A stretch of 39,280 bases of DNA from assembly GCA_016933365.1 (NCBI GenBank), contig JAFGBB010000012.1:1-39280 (forward strand), read 5' to 3'. A program made the translations under genes and the position numbers. A model generated the notes under the pieces. It was not told the DNA's origin. It worked only from the letters and a program-made list of their open reading frames with translations, and searched no databases. This document shows positions 8,297 through 16,326 of this stretch, piece by piece; the stretch's first letter is position 1, and each line of letters begins with the position of its first letter. This DNA comes from Candidatus Wolfebacteria bacterium. GTDB lineage: Bacteria; Patescibacteriota; Minisyncoccia; UBA6257; UBA9933.

Positions 8297-10240
8297 ATGT
8301 TAAAAATTTCAAGACAACAAGTATTAAATAGATGGGATACGCTTTCAAATAAATTTAAAGAAGCGTTATTTTCTGAATATAATTATGATTTTTTATTGCA
8401 AATTTGCGAAAAGCAACATTTAACAGAAGATAAAATCCGAAAAATAGCTATTTTAGTCGGGGACGTAATTTTCGGTTTTCTTCATCCGGAAGATTTAGCT
8501 AAAGAAATTAAAAACGAACTTAATATTAATCAAGAGATAGCCAGTTCAATTGCTGAAGAAATTGATAAAAAAATTTTTTTATCCATAAGAGATGAATTAG
8601 AAAAGGTTTATCAACCTCCAGTGAAAGAAACTGTTTTAGATTTAAGAAATAAAGTTGCCGGTCAATCGGAATTGAATAAAAATTCAATTGGCGATTTAAA
8701 AATTATTGAAGAAACTGAAAAAAAGGTTGAATCTTCAGAAAATAAACCAATAGAAAAACCGATTATATCTAAAGAAAAATTGCAACCGGAATCAAAAATT
8801 TCGGAAAAACAACCGCAAAAACCGATATCTATTTCTCAGAAAACTTCTTTAATAACAGATAAGATTTCACCGCTTGATTCTGAGTCTGCGATAACTCCTT
8901 CGGAAATTTTTGGAGGAGCAAAGCCGGTTTCTATTGGGGAAATTAAATCTGTTAAACCGGAAGCTTCTGAAGACGCGCCTTTAATTATTCAAAAAGAAAC
9001 GAAATTTAAACCTATTTCCGAAAGTAAAAAATCTTTAGGCGGACTATTTAATTTTTTAATAAAAGGCAAAGAAAAAGAAGAAAAACAAGCCCCTGTAAAA
9101 GCCAAAATTGAAATAGGAGGATTTAAAAAAGAAGAACAAAAAATAGGGACTACCCCCAAATTATTAGAAAAATCCATTGAAGAAAAAAAAGAACCTCTTA
9201 AGGTTAATTTTTCGTTTGGGTTTGAAAAAGAAAAAATAAAACAAGTTCCACAAAAAAATTCCTTTATTAAGTTTATATCTAATAAAATTAAAAAACCAAA
9301 AGAAGAACAATTATTTAATAAAAGTAAATCCATATCTTTGCCCTTAAATCAATCAATTGATAAAAAAGAGCAAACTTCGCAAGGTTTTAAACCATTAATA
9401 AATACGGAAATTAAATCTTTAAATCAAACAAAAAAAGATGAATTTAAGCCTTTTGTTTCAATCCCTAAAAAAGAAACGTCGTCCGCGTCTAAACAGCAGG
9501 TAAATTATTCAGAAGAACAAATATTAAATAAAACTGAAAAACTTAAAGAAAATTCTTTAATAAATTCCACTGGAAAGTCTTTTGTAAAAATAAAAAAAGA
9601 CGAGAACAAACCCAAAATAATGGATTTTTCAACGGAAATTGGAAAAGATAAAGATAAATCATTAACAAAAAATCCTTTAATCAATTTTAAAAAAGACAAT
9701 AATGATAAAATATCTATGGTAGATAAGATTGAATCGGATAAAATAAAATTCGTTAATTATGCCGATATGGGAGAAAAAAATAAGTCTCTTGAAAAATCTC
9801 AACAACAAAAAGAAATAAAATTGCCCATTGAAAAGCCTTTAAATGAATTAGTAAAAAAACCATCAATAAATTTAATTCCCAAAAAACAAGGAATAATTTC
9901 TAAATTTTTTTCTAAATTTAAAAAAGAAAAATCTTTACAAAACAAAGCTCAAATTAAACCCGAAGCGTCTGTGGCAATAGAAACAAAATCGTCCGCAAAT
10001 CCTTTAACGGAATTTAAAAAACAAAAAAACAAACCGTTTACAATAAACGAATCTGAATTATTTGAGACAAACAGGCCGGGAATTTCAAATTTATATAATT
10101 CTTATAAAGAAAAAGATGAAAAAAATGAAATAAAACCAAATGAATTTCAAAAAAAGACAGAAACCGTTTTGCCCGAAAAAAAAGAAGAAAAAAAGGAAAA
10201 GGATAACGAAGAGCTAATTGATTTAAAAAAATTTGGTTAA
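8297..10240 (+). CDS. Lys/Glu/Ser/Pro-rich low-complexity protein with ordered N-terminal domain
   Basis: 647-aa ORF. The first ~105 aa look globular (LHPEDLAKEIKNELNINQEIASSIAEEIDKKIF). The remainder is strongly K/E/S/P-biased with no hydrophobic core. Confidence 0.75.
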   Translation: MLKISRQQVLNRWDTLSNKFKEALFSEYNYDFLLQICEKQHLTEDKIRKIAILVGDVIFGFLHPEDLAKEIKNELNINQEIASSIAEEIDKKIFLSIRDELEKVYQPPVKETVLDLRNKVAGQSELNKNSIGDLKIIEETEKKVESSENKPIEKPIISKEKLQPESKISEKQPQKPISISQKTSLITDKISPLDSESAITPSEIFGGAKPVSIGEIKSVKPEASEDAPLIIQKETKFKPISESKKSLGGLFNFLIKGKEKEEKQAPVKAKIEIGGFKKEEQKIGTTPKLLEKSIEEKKEPLKVNFSFGFEKEKIKQVPQKNSFIKFISNKIKKPKEEQLFNKSKSISLPLNQSIDKKEQTSQGFKPLINTEIKSLNQTKKDEFKPFVSIPKKETSSASKQQVNYSEEQILNKTEKLKENSLINSTGKSFVKIKKDENKPKIMDFSTEIGKDKDKSLTKNPLINFKKDNNDKISMVDKIESDKIKFVNYADMGEKNKSLEKSQQQKEIKLPIEKPLNELVKKPSINLIPKKQGIISKFFSKFKKEKSLQNKAQIKPEASVAIETKSSANPLTEFKKQKNKPFTINESELFETNRPGISNLYNSYKEKDEKNEIKPNEFQKKTETVLPEKKEEKKEKDNEELIDLKKFG

Positions 10241-10250
10241 TTTAATTAAT

Positions 10251-10763
10251 ATGCAATTTCAAGTACCTCAATTTATTGAAGTTGAAAATAAAATTATTGG
10301 TCCGTTGACTATGAAGCAATTTATTTATCTTGCCGCGGCGGGAGCTTTTAGTTTTATTTTTTATTTTATTTTAGAAGTTTGGCTTTGGTTTATTTTAACC
10401 GCGATAATAGGAGGAGTCGCGGTGTCTTTAGCTTTTATTAAATATAATGGCCAACCTTTACCCAAAATAATTATGGCGGCTTTTGGTTTTTTTTGGAAAC
10501 CGAAATTTTTTCTTTGGCAAAGATTAGAAGAAAAAAGAACTGTTTCCGTGGAACAAGAAAGAAAAATTCTTGGAAAATTTTTTGCCGAAACTCCGTCGGT
10601 TAAAAAACTTTGGCAAGATTTAATGACGACAAAAAACCCGATTCCTAAAAGGGAAAGAGGATTGGGAGTTCCGTTTTTGGGAAAACAAGCAAAAGAAAGA
10701 TTTCAATTATTTAGAAAAGCGACTGGCGAACGCGAGATTGCCAGAAGAGTTGATTATAGATAA
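10251..10763 (+). CDS. PrgI-family (VirB3-like) T4SS membrane protein
   Basis: MQFQVPQFIEVENKIIGPLTMKQFIYLAAAGAFSFIFYFIL followed by a second TM helix, which is the characteristic PrgI-family N-terminus. The ORF-track start at 10233 is TTG and overlaps the upstream stop. ATG 10251 is preferred. Confidence 0.75.
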   Translation: MQFQVPQFIEVENKIIGPLTMKQFIYLAAAGAFSFIFYFILEVWLWFILTAIIGGVAVSLAFIKYNGQPLPKIIMAAFGFFWKPKFFLWQRLEEKRTVSVEQERKILGKFFAETPSVKKLWQDLMTTKNPIPKRERGLGVPFLGKQAKERFQLFRKATGEREIARRVDYR

Positions 10764-10787
10764 AAAGTATAAAAATTCAATTTTAAA

Positions 10788-10817
10788 TTGTGAATTTAAA
10801 ATTTTACATTGTATAAT
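10788..10817 (+). promoter_or_regulatory. Candidate internal promoter upstream of the VirB4 N-terminal ORF
   Basis: TTGTGA (10788-10793), 18-nt spacer, consensus TATAAT (10812-10817). The ATG at 10824 is 6 nt downstream. Confidence 0.35.
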
Positions 10818-10823
10818 ATATTT

Positions 10824-11447
10824 ATGCCTAAAGAAGCTCAATCAACCCAACAATTTGTTGAAGTGGAAGAAATAAAAGATGACGTGGTAATTTTAAAAAA
10901 CGGTTCTTTGCGTCGGCTACTTATGGTTTCCGGAATTAACTTTGAATTAAAATCAAAAGAAGAGCAGGATATTATCACTTATTCTTATCAAAATTTTTTA
11001 AACACTTTAGATTTTTCAGTTCAAATTATCATTCATTCCAGAAAGTTAAATATTGAGAATTATCTTGTTAAATTAGCTGACAGGCAAGGGGTTGAAAATA
11101 ATGAATTGTTAAAAAACCAAATTTCTGAGTATATAGAATTTATCAGGTCTTTTGTGGAATTAAACGCGGTAATGGCAAAAACTTTTTTTGTTGTTGTTCC
11201 TTACGACGCAATGTCAATATCTTCAGGAGGAAAAAAACTGCTTGGTATTTTCGGTTTTGGAAAAAATAAAACAAAATCGTCTTTAGACCAAACACTTAAT
11301 CAAAAAATAGTTCAGTTAAACCAAAGAACAGAACAAGTAATTAGCGGATTAAGCCAAATAGGATTACGAGCCGTGGCATTAGAAGGAGAGGAATTAGTTG
11401 AATTATTTTATAATCTTTACAATCCGGAATCAAAGGAGAAAAAATAA
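10824..11447 (+). CDS. VirB4/TrbE-type N-terminal domain encoded as a separate ORF
   Basis: QQFVEVEEIKDDVVILKNGSLRRLLMVSGINFELKSKEEQDIITYSYQNFLNTLDFSVQIIIHS matches the N-terminal region of Gram-positive VirB4/PrgJ/TcpF-type ATPases. ATG 10824 is preferred over the TTG at 10809. The ORF is in the same frame as the next ORF. Confidence 0.7.
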   Translation: MPKEAQSTQQFVEVEEIKDDVVILKNGSLRRLLMVSGINFELKSKEEQDIITYSYQNFLNTLDFSVQIIIHSRKLNIENYLVKLADRQGVENNELLKNQISEYIEFIRSFVELNAVMAKTFFVVVPYDAMSISSGGKKLLGIFGFGKNKTKSSLDQTLNQKIVQLNQRTEQVISGLSQIGLRAVALEGEELVELFYNLYNPESKEKK

Positions 11448-11477
11448 TTTATTAACGCATTAATTATATAATTTATT

Positions 11478-13223
11478 ATGAATGAAAATATAAAAACGCC
11501 TCAAGTTTATAAATCCGGAGAAAAAAATATCCGAGATGTAATTGCGCCGGCAGGTATGGAAGTAAATCCCGGTTATTTAAGACTCGGAAATAAATTTGTT
11601 AAAACGATTTTTATTTTTACTTATCCGCGTTATTTAGCTAGCGGATGGTTTAATCCAATTATAAATTTGCCCGAATTAATGGATGTTTCTATTTTTGTTC
11701 ATCCGATTGACACCGCAATGGCTTTAAGAAATCTTCGTAAAAAGACTGCTCAAATTGAAGCTCAACTTATTGACCGTCAAGAAAAGGGACTGGTAAGAGA
11801 TCCTGTTTTAGAGACCGGATTTCAAGATATTGAAACGCTTAGAGACCAACTTCAACAAGCTCAACAAAGAATGTTTAATATCGGAGTTTATATAACTATT
11901 TACGCTGATACATTAGAAAAACTTGAAAAACTGGAAGAAAGATTAAATTCTTTATTTGAAGCTCAATTAACTTATGCTAAACCGGCGCTTTTTCAGCAGT
12001 TAGAAGGTTTTACTTCAACCTTGCCTTTAAATTCAGATAAAATTTTAATAAATGCTCCTCTTAATTCCGGTCCGGCTTCTTCATTATTTCCTTTTGTTTC
12101 CGTGGATTTAACCTCGGATGAAGGAATTCTTTACGGTATTAATCGTCATAATAATACTTTGGTTATTTTTGACCGTTTTTCTCTTGAAAATGCCAATTCT
12201 GTTCTTTTTGCAAAATCCGGAGCAGGAAAATCATACGCTTGTAAATTAGAAATAATTCGTTCTTTAATGATGGGAGTTGATGTTTTAGTTATTGATCCGG
12301 AAAATGAATATGAAAAATTAGCAGAATCGGTTGGTGGAAGTTTTTTCAAAATATCTTTAACTTCAGAAACTCAAATAAATCCATTTGACATTCCCATTGT
12401 GCCTAAAGGCGAATCCGCGGCAGATATTTTGAAATCGCATATTCTTAATCTTGCCGGACTTGTTAAATTAATGTTGGGAAAAATTACCCCTGAAGAAGAA
12501 GCAATTTTAGATAAAGCTTTAACAGTAACTTATGAGTCTCGCGATATTACTCCTGACAAAAGCGATTTTTCAGATATTAAACCTCCTCTTTTGGAAGATT
12601 TTCAAGTTGTTCTTGAAAGTATGGAGGGAGGAGGCGGTTTAGCTAAAAGACTTGAAAGATTTACAAGGGGAAGCTATGCGGGCTTTACCAATAAACAAAC
12701 AAATATTGATATAAAAAACCGTTTAATAGTTTTTTCAGTTAGAGATTTAGAGGAAGAATTAAGACCGATTGCTATTTATATTATTTTGAATTTTATTTGG
12801 AATTTAATAAGGGCTGATTTTAAAAAACGAATTATGATAATTGATGAAGCTTGGTGGTTAATGAAATATCCAGACAGCGCGTCTTTTCTTTTTTCTTTGG
12901 CAAAACGTTGTCGGAAATATTTTTTAGGATTAACAACTATTACTCAAAATGTTGAAGATTTTTTGGAATCGCCTTATGGTAGACCAATAATTACAAATTC
13001 AGCTCTTCAACTTCTTTTAAAACAAGCGCCGGCGAATATTGATGTCGTGGCAAAAACTTTTAATCTTTCAGAAGCGGAAAAACAGTTATTACTTGAAGCT
13101 AATGTGGGGGAAGGAGTTTTCTTTGCTGGCTTAAAACATGCCGCTATTCAAATTATTGCTTCTTATTTTGAGAATAAAATAATTACCACTAAACCCGAAG
13201 AAATATTGGGAATGGATGAATAA
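11478..13223 (+). CDS. virB4: VirB4-family T4SS ATPase (central and C-terminal ATPase part)
   Basis: 581 aa with Walker A AKSGAGKSY and Walker B IMIIDEAWWL. Also has the conserved YPRYLASGWF segment and a TTITQNVEDF motif typical of VirB4/TraC/CagE-type ATPases. Confidence 0.85.
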   Translation: MNENIKTPQVYKSGEKNIRDVIAPAGMEVNPGYLRLGNKFVKTIFIFTYPRYLASGWFNPIINLPELMDVSIFVHPIDTAMALRNLRKKTAQIEAQLIDRQEKGLVRDPVLETGFQDIETLRDQLQQAQQRMFNIGVYITIYADTLEKLEKLEERLNSLFEAQLTYAKPALFQQLEGFTSTLPLNSDKILINAPLNSGPASSLFPFVSVDLTSDEGILYGINRHNNTLVIFDRFSLENANSVLFAKSGAGKSYACKLEIIRSLMMGVDVLVIDPENEYEKLAESVGGSFFKISLTSETQINPFDIPIVPKGESAADILKSHILNLAGLVKLMLGKITPEEEAILDKALTVTYESRDITPDKSDFSDIKPPLLEDFQVVLESMEGGGGLAKRLERFTRGSYAGFTNKQTNIDIKNRLIVFSVRDLEEELRPIAIYIILNFIWNLIRADFKKRIMIIDEAWWLMKYPDSASFLFSLAKRCRKYFLGLTTITQNVEDFLESPYGRPIITNSALQLLLKQAPANIDVVAKTFNLSEAEKQLLLEANVGEGVFFAGLKHAAIQIIASYFENKIITTKPEEILGMDE

Positions 13224-13264
13224 GAATTAATGGATAAGTTTTAATCTTTTAAAATTAATTTATT

Positions 13265-13618
13265 ATGGAAAATACAGAGAAAAAAATTTCATTGCCGGAA
13301 ACAATTCTTTTATTGTTATATATCGTGCCTCTTGACGGTGTTGGAGTAATTCTTCTTTTAATTGGATTAGACGATTTTTTCATTCTTGATGCTTTAACCT
13401 TTCCAGTTACTCAATTTTATTTTAGAATAAAAGGAGTAAAATCAACATATGATTTAATTGCCGGTATATTGGAATTAATCCCTTATATTGGCGCTCTTCC
13501 CATAAAAACCACGGGTGTTTTAATAACAATTTGGATGGCTAATCACCCAAAAACAACAGAATCAGTCGGTAGTATATCAAATATTATAAAAAGTAGTTCT
13601 GGAGCCGTTGTTAAATAA
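13265..13618 (+). CDS. Small integral membrane protein (cluster gene)
   Basis: 117 aa with about three hydrophobic helices. No family recognised. Confidence 0.7.
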   Translation: MENTEKKISLPETILLLLYIVPLDGVGVILLLIGLDDFFILDALTFPVTQFYFRIKGVKSTYDLIAGILELIPYIGALPIKTTGVLITIWMANHPKTTESVGSISNIIKSSSGAVVK

Positions 13619-13621
13619 AAA

Positions 13622-14320
13622 ATGATAAAACAAAATTATAAAATTTTTATTACGATAATATTCTTAATGTTTTTTGCGTTTTTAAATGTTAATGCTCAAA
13701 GTTTTTCTCCTCAATTTTTAATTTCTTGGCAGGCGCAAAATTATGCCCCGACCTGGTATCAAGGCAAAATTTTCCCCGTGAGAGGAACTCCTGTTGAGGT
13801 TAATTTTGAAATAGTTAATAATGGTAAATTAGTTGACCTTTCAGACGTTAAAATTCTTTGGTATATTAACGATGAATTGGCAAAAAATGAAAAAGACGGT
13901 TTGGGAATTAAAACTTTAAAATTTAATGTTTCTGATTATGGCGGAGGCGAAGTTGAAATAAGAATAGTTTTACCTGATTATTTAGAGGGTGAATTATTAG
14001 ATAAAATAATTAAAATTCCAATAGTAATGCCCGAATTGGTAATAAATTCTCCTTATCCTGATAATAAAGTTGAAATTGGAGAATCATTTTTTCAAGCAAT
14101 TCCGTTTTTTTTCAACATTGAATTTATTGATATTCTTTCTATAGATTGGACTGCCAATAATCAAAAATCAATCGGTTTAGCGGAAAACCCTTATTTACTT
14201 AACTTAAATATTAGTTCAGAAACCCCTAAAAATACCGAAATAAATATTTCAGCTTTGGTAAAAAGTATTTTAAATAATTTAGAATTTGCCAATAAAAGCA
14301 TTAAGTTAAACGTGAAATAA
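13622..14320 (+). CDS. Secreted protein (cluster gene)
   Basis: 232 aa with a signal peptide ending NVNAQ and a beta-rich composition. The start lies 4 nt after the upstream stop. Confidence 0.75.
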   Translation: MIKQNYKIFITIIFLMFFAFLNVNAQSFSPQFLISWQAQNYAPTWYQGKIFPVRGTPVEVNFEIVNNGKLVDLSDVKILWYINDELAKNEKDGLGIKTLKFNVSDYGGGEVEIRIVLPDYLEGELLDKIIKIPIVMPELVINSPYPDNKVEIGESFFQAIPFFFNIEFIDILSIDWTANNQKSIGLAENPYLLNLNISSETPKNTEINISALVKSILNNLEFANKSIKLNVK

Positions 14321-14328
14321 AATTTATT

Positions 14329-15168
14329 ATGATTAATAAAATAAATATTAAAAAAGATATTATTGGATTATTTGTTTTCTTTTTCCTTTTTTCTTTTCTT
14401 TTTTTTAATGTTCAAATTTCTTTTGCGGCTGATGAAAATTCAGTAATTAGCGTTAGTTGCGCCAAATATAATTATCCTTGGTGTAAAGAAATTAATGAGG
14501 GATTTGGCGCTTTGGTAAATAATTTTTATACTATTTCTTTGGGATTAGTTGGGGCTTCAGCTTTGGGAGTTTTAATTTATGGAGCGATTTTATGGACGCT
14601 TTCCGGAGCCGTAACCTCAAAACAGGACGCCTTACAATGGATTTGGGGCGCTGTTTGGGGATTAATTCTTTTAATGGGAGCGTATTTAATTCTTAATACT
14701 ATAAATCCTGATTTGATTGATTTAAAAGAACCGGAAATAAAACAAGCGACATTATCGGAAATAAAATTTTCAGGATGGAAACCAAAAGAAGAAACAACAA
14801 ATACAATAAGATATAATTTTGATGCTAAAGGCGAACAATATAATACTCGAGAAAAATGCGAAGCAATAGGTAAAAGAATGTGTGGCGATAATTTTATAGG
14901 GGCTATTTTTAATGAAAAGACGCTTTGTACGGTAGTTTGTAAAAAAGAAAAACAAGCAAGCTCTACGGAAAATGAAGAAGAAAAACCTATGCAATCATTA
15001 GAAGTTTGGGAGGGCAAAATTACGTGTAATGGAACAGGAGGGCTTGCCACTAATGATTGCAGTGGTTTTAGTCAAGAAAATTGTAATGTTAATTGTCAGG
15101 CCGAAATAAAAGATAAATGCGTTAATGGCGGGATAATAAGCTCTTCGTGTAGGATGGTGGAAAATTAA
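14329..15168 (+). CDS. VirB2/TrbC-type T4SS pilin-like protein with Cys-rich C-terminal extension
   Basis: Signal/TM segment, then a two-helix hairpin LGLVGASALGVLIYGAILWTLSGAVTSKQDALQWIWGAVWGLILLMGAYLILNTI, which resembles T4SS pilins common in CPR and Gram-positive systems. It is followed by ~140 extra residues, the last ~105 of which contain 10 Cys. Confidence 0.65.
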   Translation: MINKINIKKDIIGLFVFFFLFSFLFFNVQISFAADENSVISVSCAKYNYPWCKEINEGFGALVNNFYTISLGLVGASALGVLIYGAILWTLSGAVTSKQDALQWIWGAVWGLILLMGAYLILNTINPDLIDLKEPEIKQATLSEIKFSGWKPKEETTNTIRYNFDAKGEQYNTREKCEAIGKRMCGDNFIGAIFNEKTLCTVVCKKEKQASSTENEEEKPMQSLEVWEGKITCNGTGGLATNDCSGFSQENCNVNCQAEIKDKCVNGGIISSSCRMVEN

Positions 15169-15183
15169 TTATTTTTTTAGAAA

Positions 15184-16311
15184 ATGAAAAAAACCGTAAT
15201 CATAATTATCATTGTTTTAGGCGTTCTTGCCATGGGATCGGGTATTTATTTTGCCTGGAGAAAAACCTCTTCAATTTTAACTCCGCCCTTGGGGTCTTCA
15301 ATAGAAGGAGGCTCTTTTTCTGTAATTGAAACAGATATTCCGGAAAATTTAGCTTTAAAAATGAAAATTCTCAATGATCAACCAGCTTTAAATTATTTGG
15401 TTTTTCAGGATTCTGAAAATGGCGAATCAATCTTTTATCTTAATAATGAAGGAATGATTTTAAAAACTGAAGAAGATAAAGACGATGAGATTATAGTTCA
15501 AGAACCGATTGAAAATATTCAATCAATAAAAGCTTCAGCCGATGGCAAGAGAATGATTATTAAATCCGGAGATTTATCTTATCCTAATTTTGTGATTTTT
15601 AACGTTGAAGAAAGAATTTTTGAAGTTTTACCTGAAAATATTACATCTGTTGATTTTTCTCCGGACGCTGAAAGCGTGGCTTATTTGAAAATTAACGGAG
15701 AGAAAAGCGATTTAATCATAAAAAATCTTATTAATACAAAACAAAAAGATATTAATATAATTTCAATTTATCAAAAAGATTTTAATCTTGATTGGATTTC
15801 ATCTTCAAAAATAGTTTTAAGTCCTAAATTTTCAGCTTTTAATTTATCTTCAAATTGGATAGTTGATATTTCTAAAAAAACCATTAATCTTTGGGGAGAA
15901 GAAGCTTATGGTTTAATAACTAAATGGGCTCAAAATGGAGAAATAGGATTGCGTTTTTCTTCGCGCTTAAAAGGAAGAGAAGCATTTTTAAATTTAATAA
16001 ACATAGATGGTCAAATTCGGGCAAATATTAGTTTTCTTACTTTGCCGCAAAAATGTTTTATTGCCGACCCTAAAATTTATTGCGCTATTCCAAATTCTAT
16101 ACCGTCAAAAACGGTTTTACCTGATGATTATTTTAAGAAAGCGTTTTATTCCATAGATTCTTTTTATCAGATTGATGTTAATGAAAATTCACTTTTGGAG
16201 ATTTTTACCGAAACAGACCCCGCTATTGACGCGATAAACTTAAATTTAGTTGGAGATAAACTCTATTTTATTAATAGGTACGATAATGGTATTTATAGTT
16301 TGGAACTATAA
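15184..16311 (+). CDS. Membrane-anchored extracytoplasmic beta-rich protein (last cluster gene)
   Basis: 375 aa with an N-terminal TM helix (VIIIIIVLGVLAMGSGIYFAW). Segments such as DFSPDAESVAYLKINGEKSDL resemble TolB/PD40-type propeller blades; this is tentative. Confidence 0.75.
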   Translation: MKKTVIIIIIVLGVLAMGSGIYFAWRKTSSILTPPLGSSIEGGSFSVIETDIPENLALKMKILNDQPALNYLVFQDSENGESIFYLNNEGMILKTEEDKDDEIIVQEPIENIQSIKASADGKRMIIKSGDLSYPNFVIFNVEERIFEVLPENITSVDFSPDAESVAYLKINGEKSDLIIKNLINTKQKDINIISIYQKDFNLDWISSSKIVLSPKFSAFNLSSNWIVDISKKTINLWGEEAYGLITKWAQNGEIGLRFSSRLKGREAFLNLINIDGQIRANISFLTLPQKCFIADPKIYCAIPNSIPSKTVLPDDYFKKAFYSIDSFYQIDVNENSLLEIFTETDPAIDAINLNLVGDKLYFINRYDNGIYSLEL

Positions 16312-16326
16312 GTAAAATTTTATATT

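Noticed and set aside
11445-11471. Stop-codon reassignment or readthrough to explain the in-frame TAA codons between the two VirB4 ORFs
   Set aside because: TAA is the stop codon of most well-supported genes in this window. The alternative codes I know for this group of bacteria recode UGA, not UAA, and UGA is used here as a stop (hicB).
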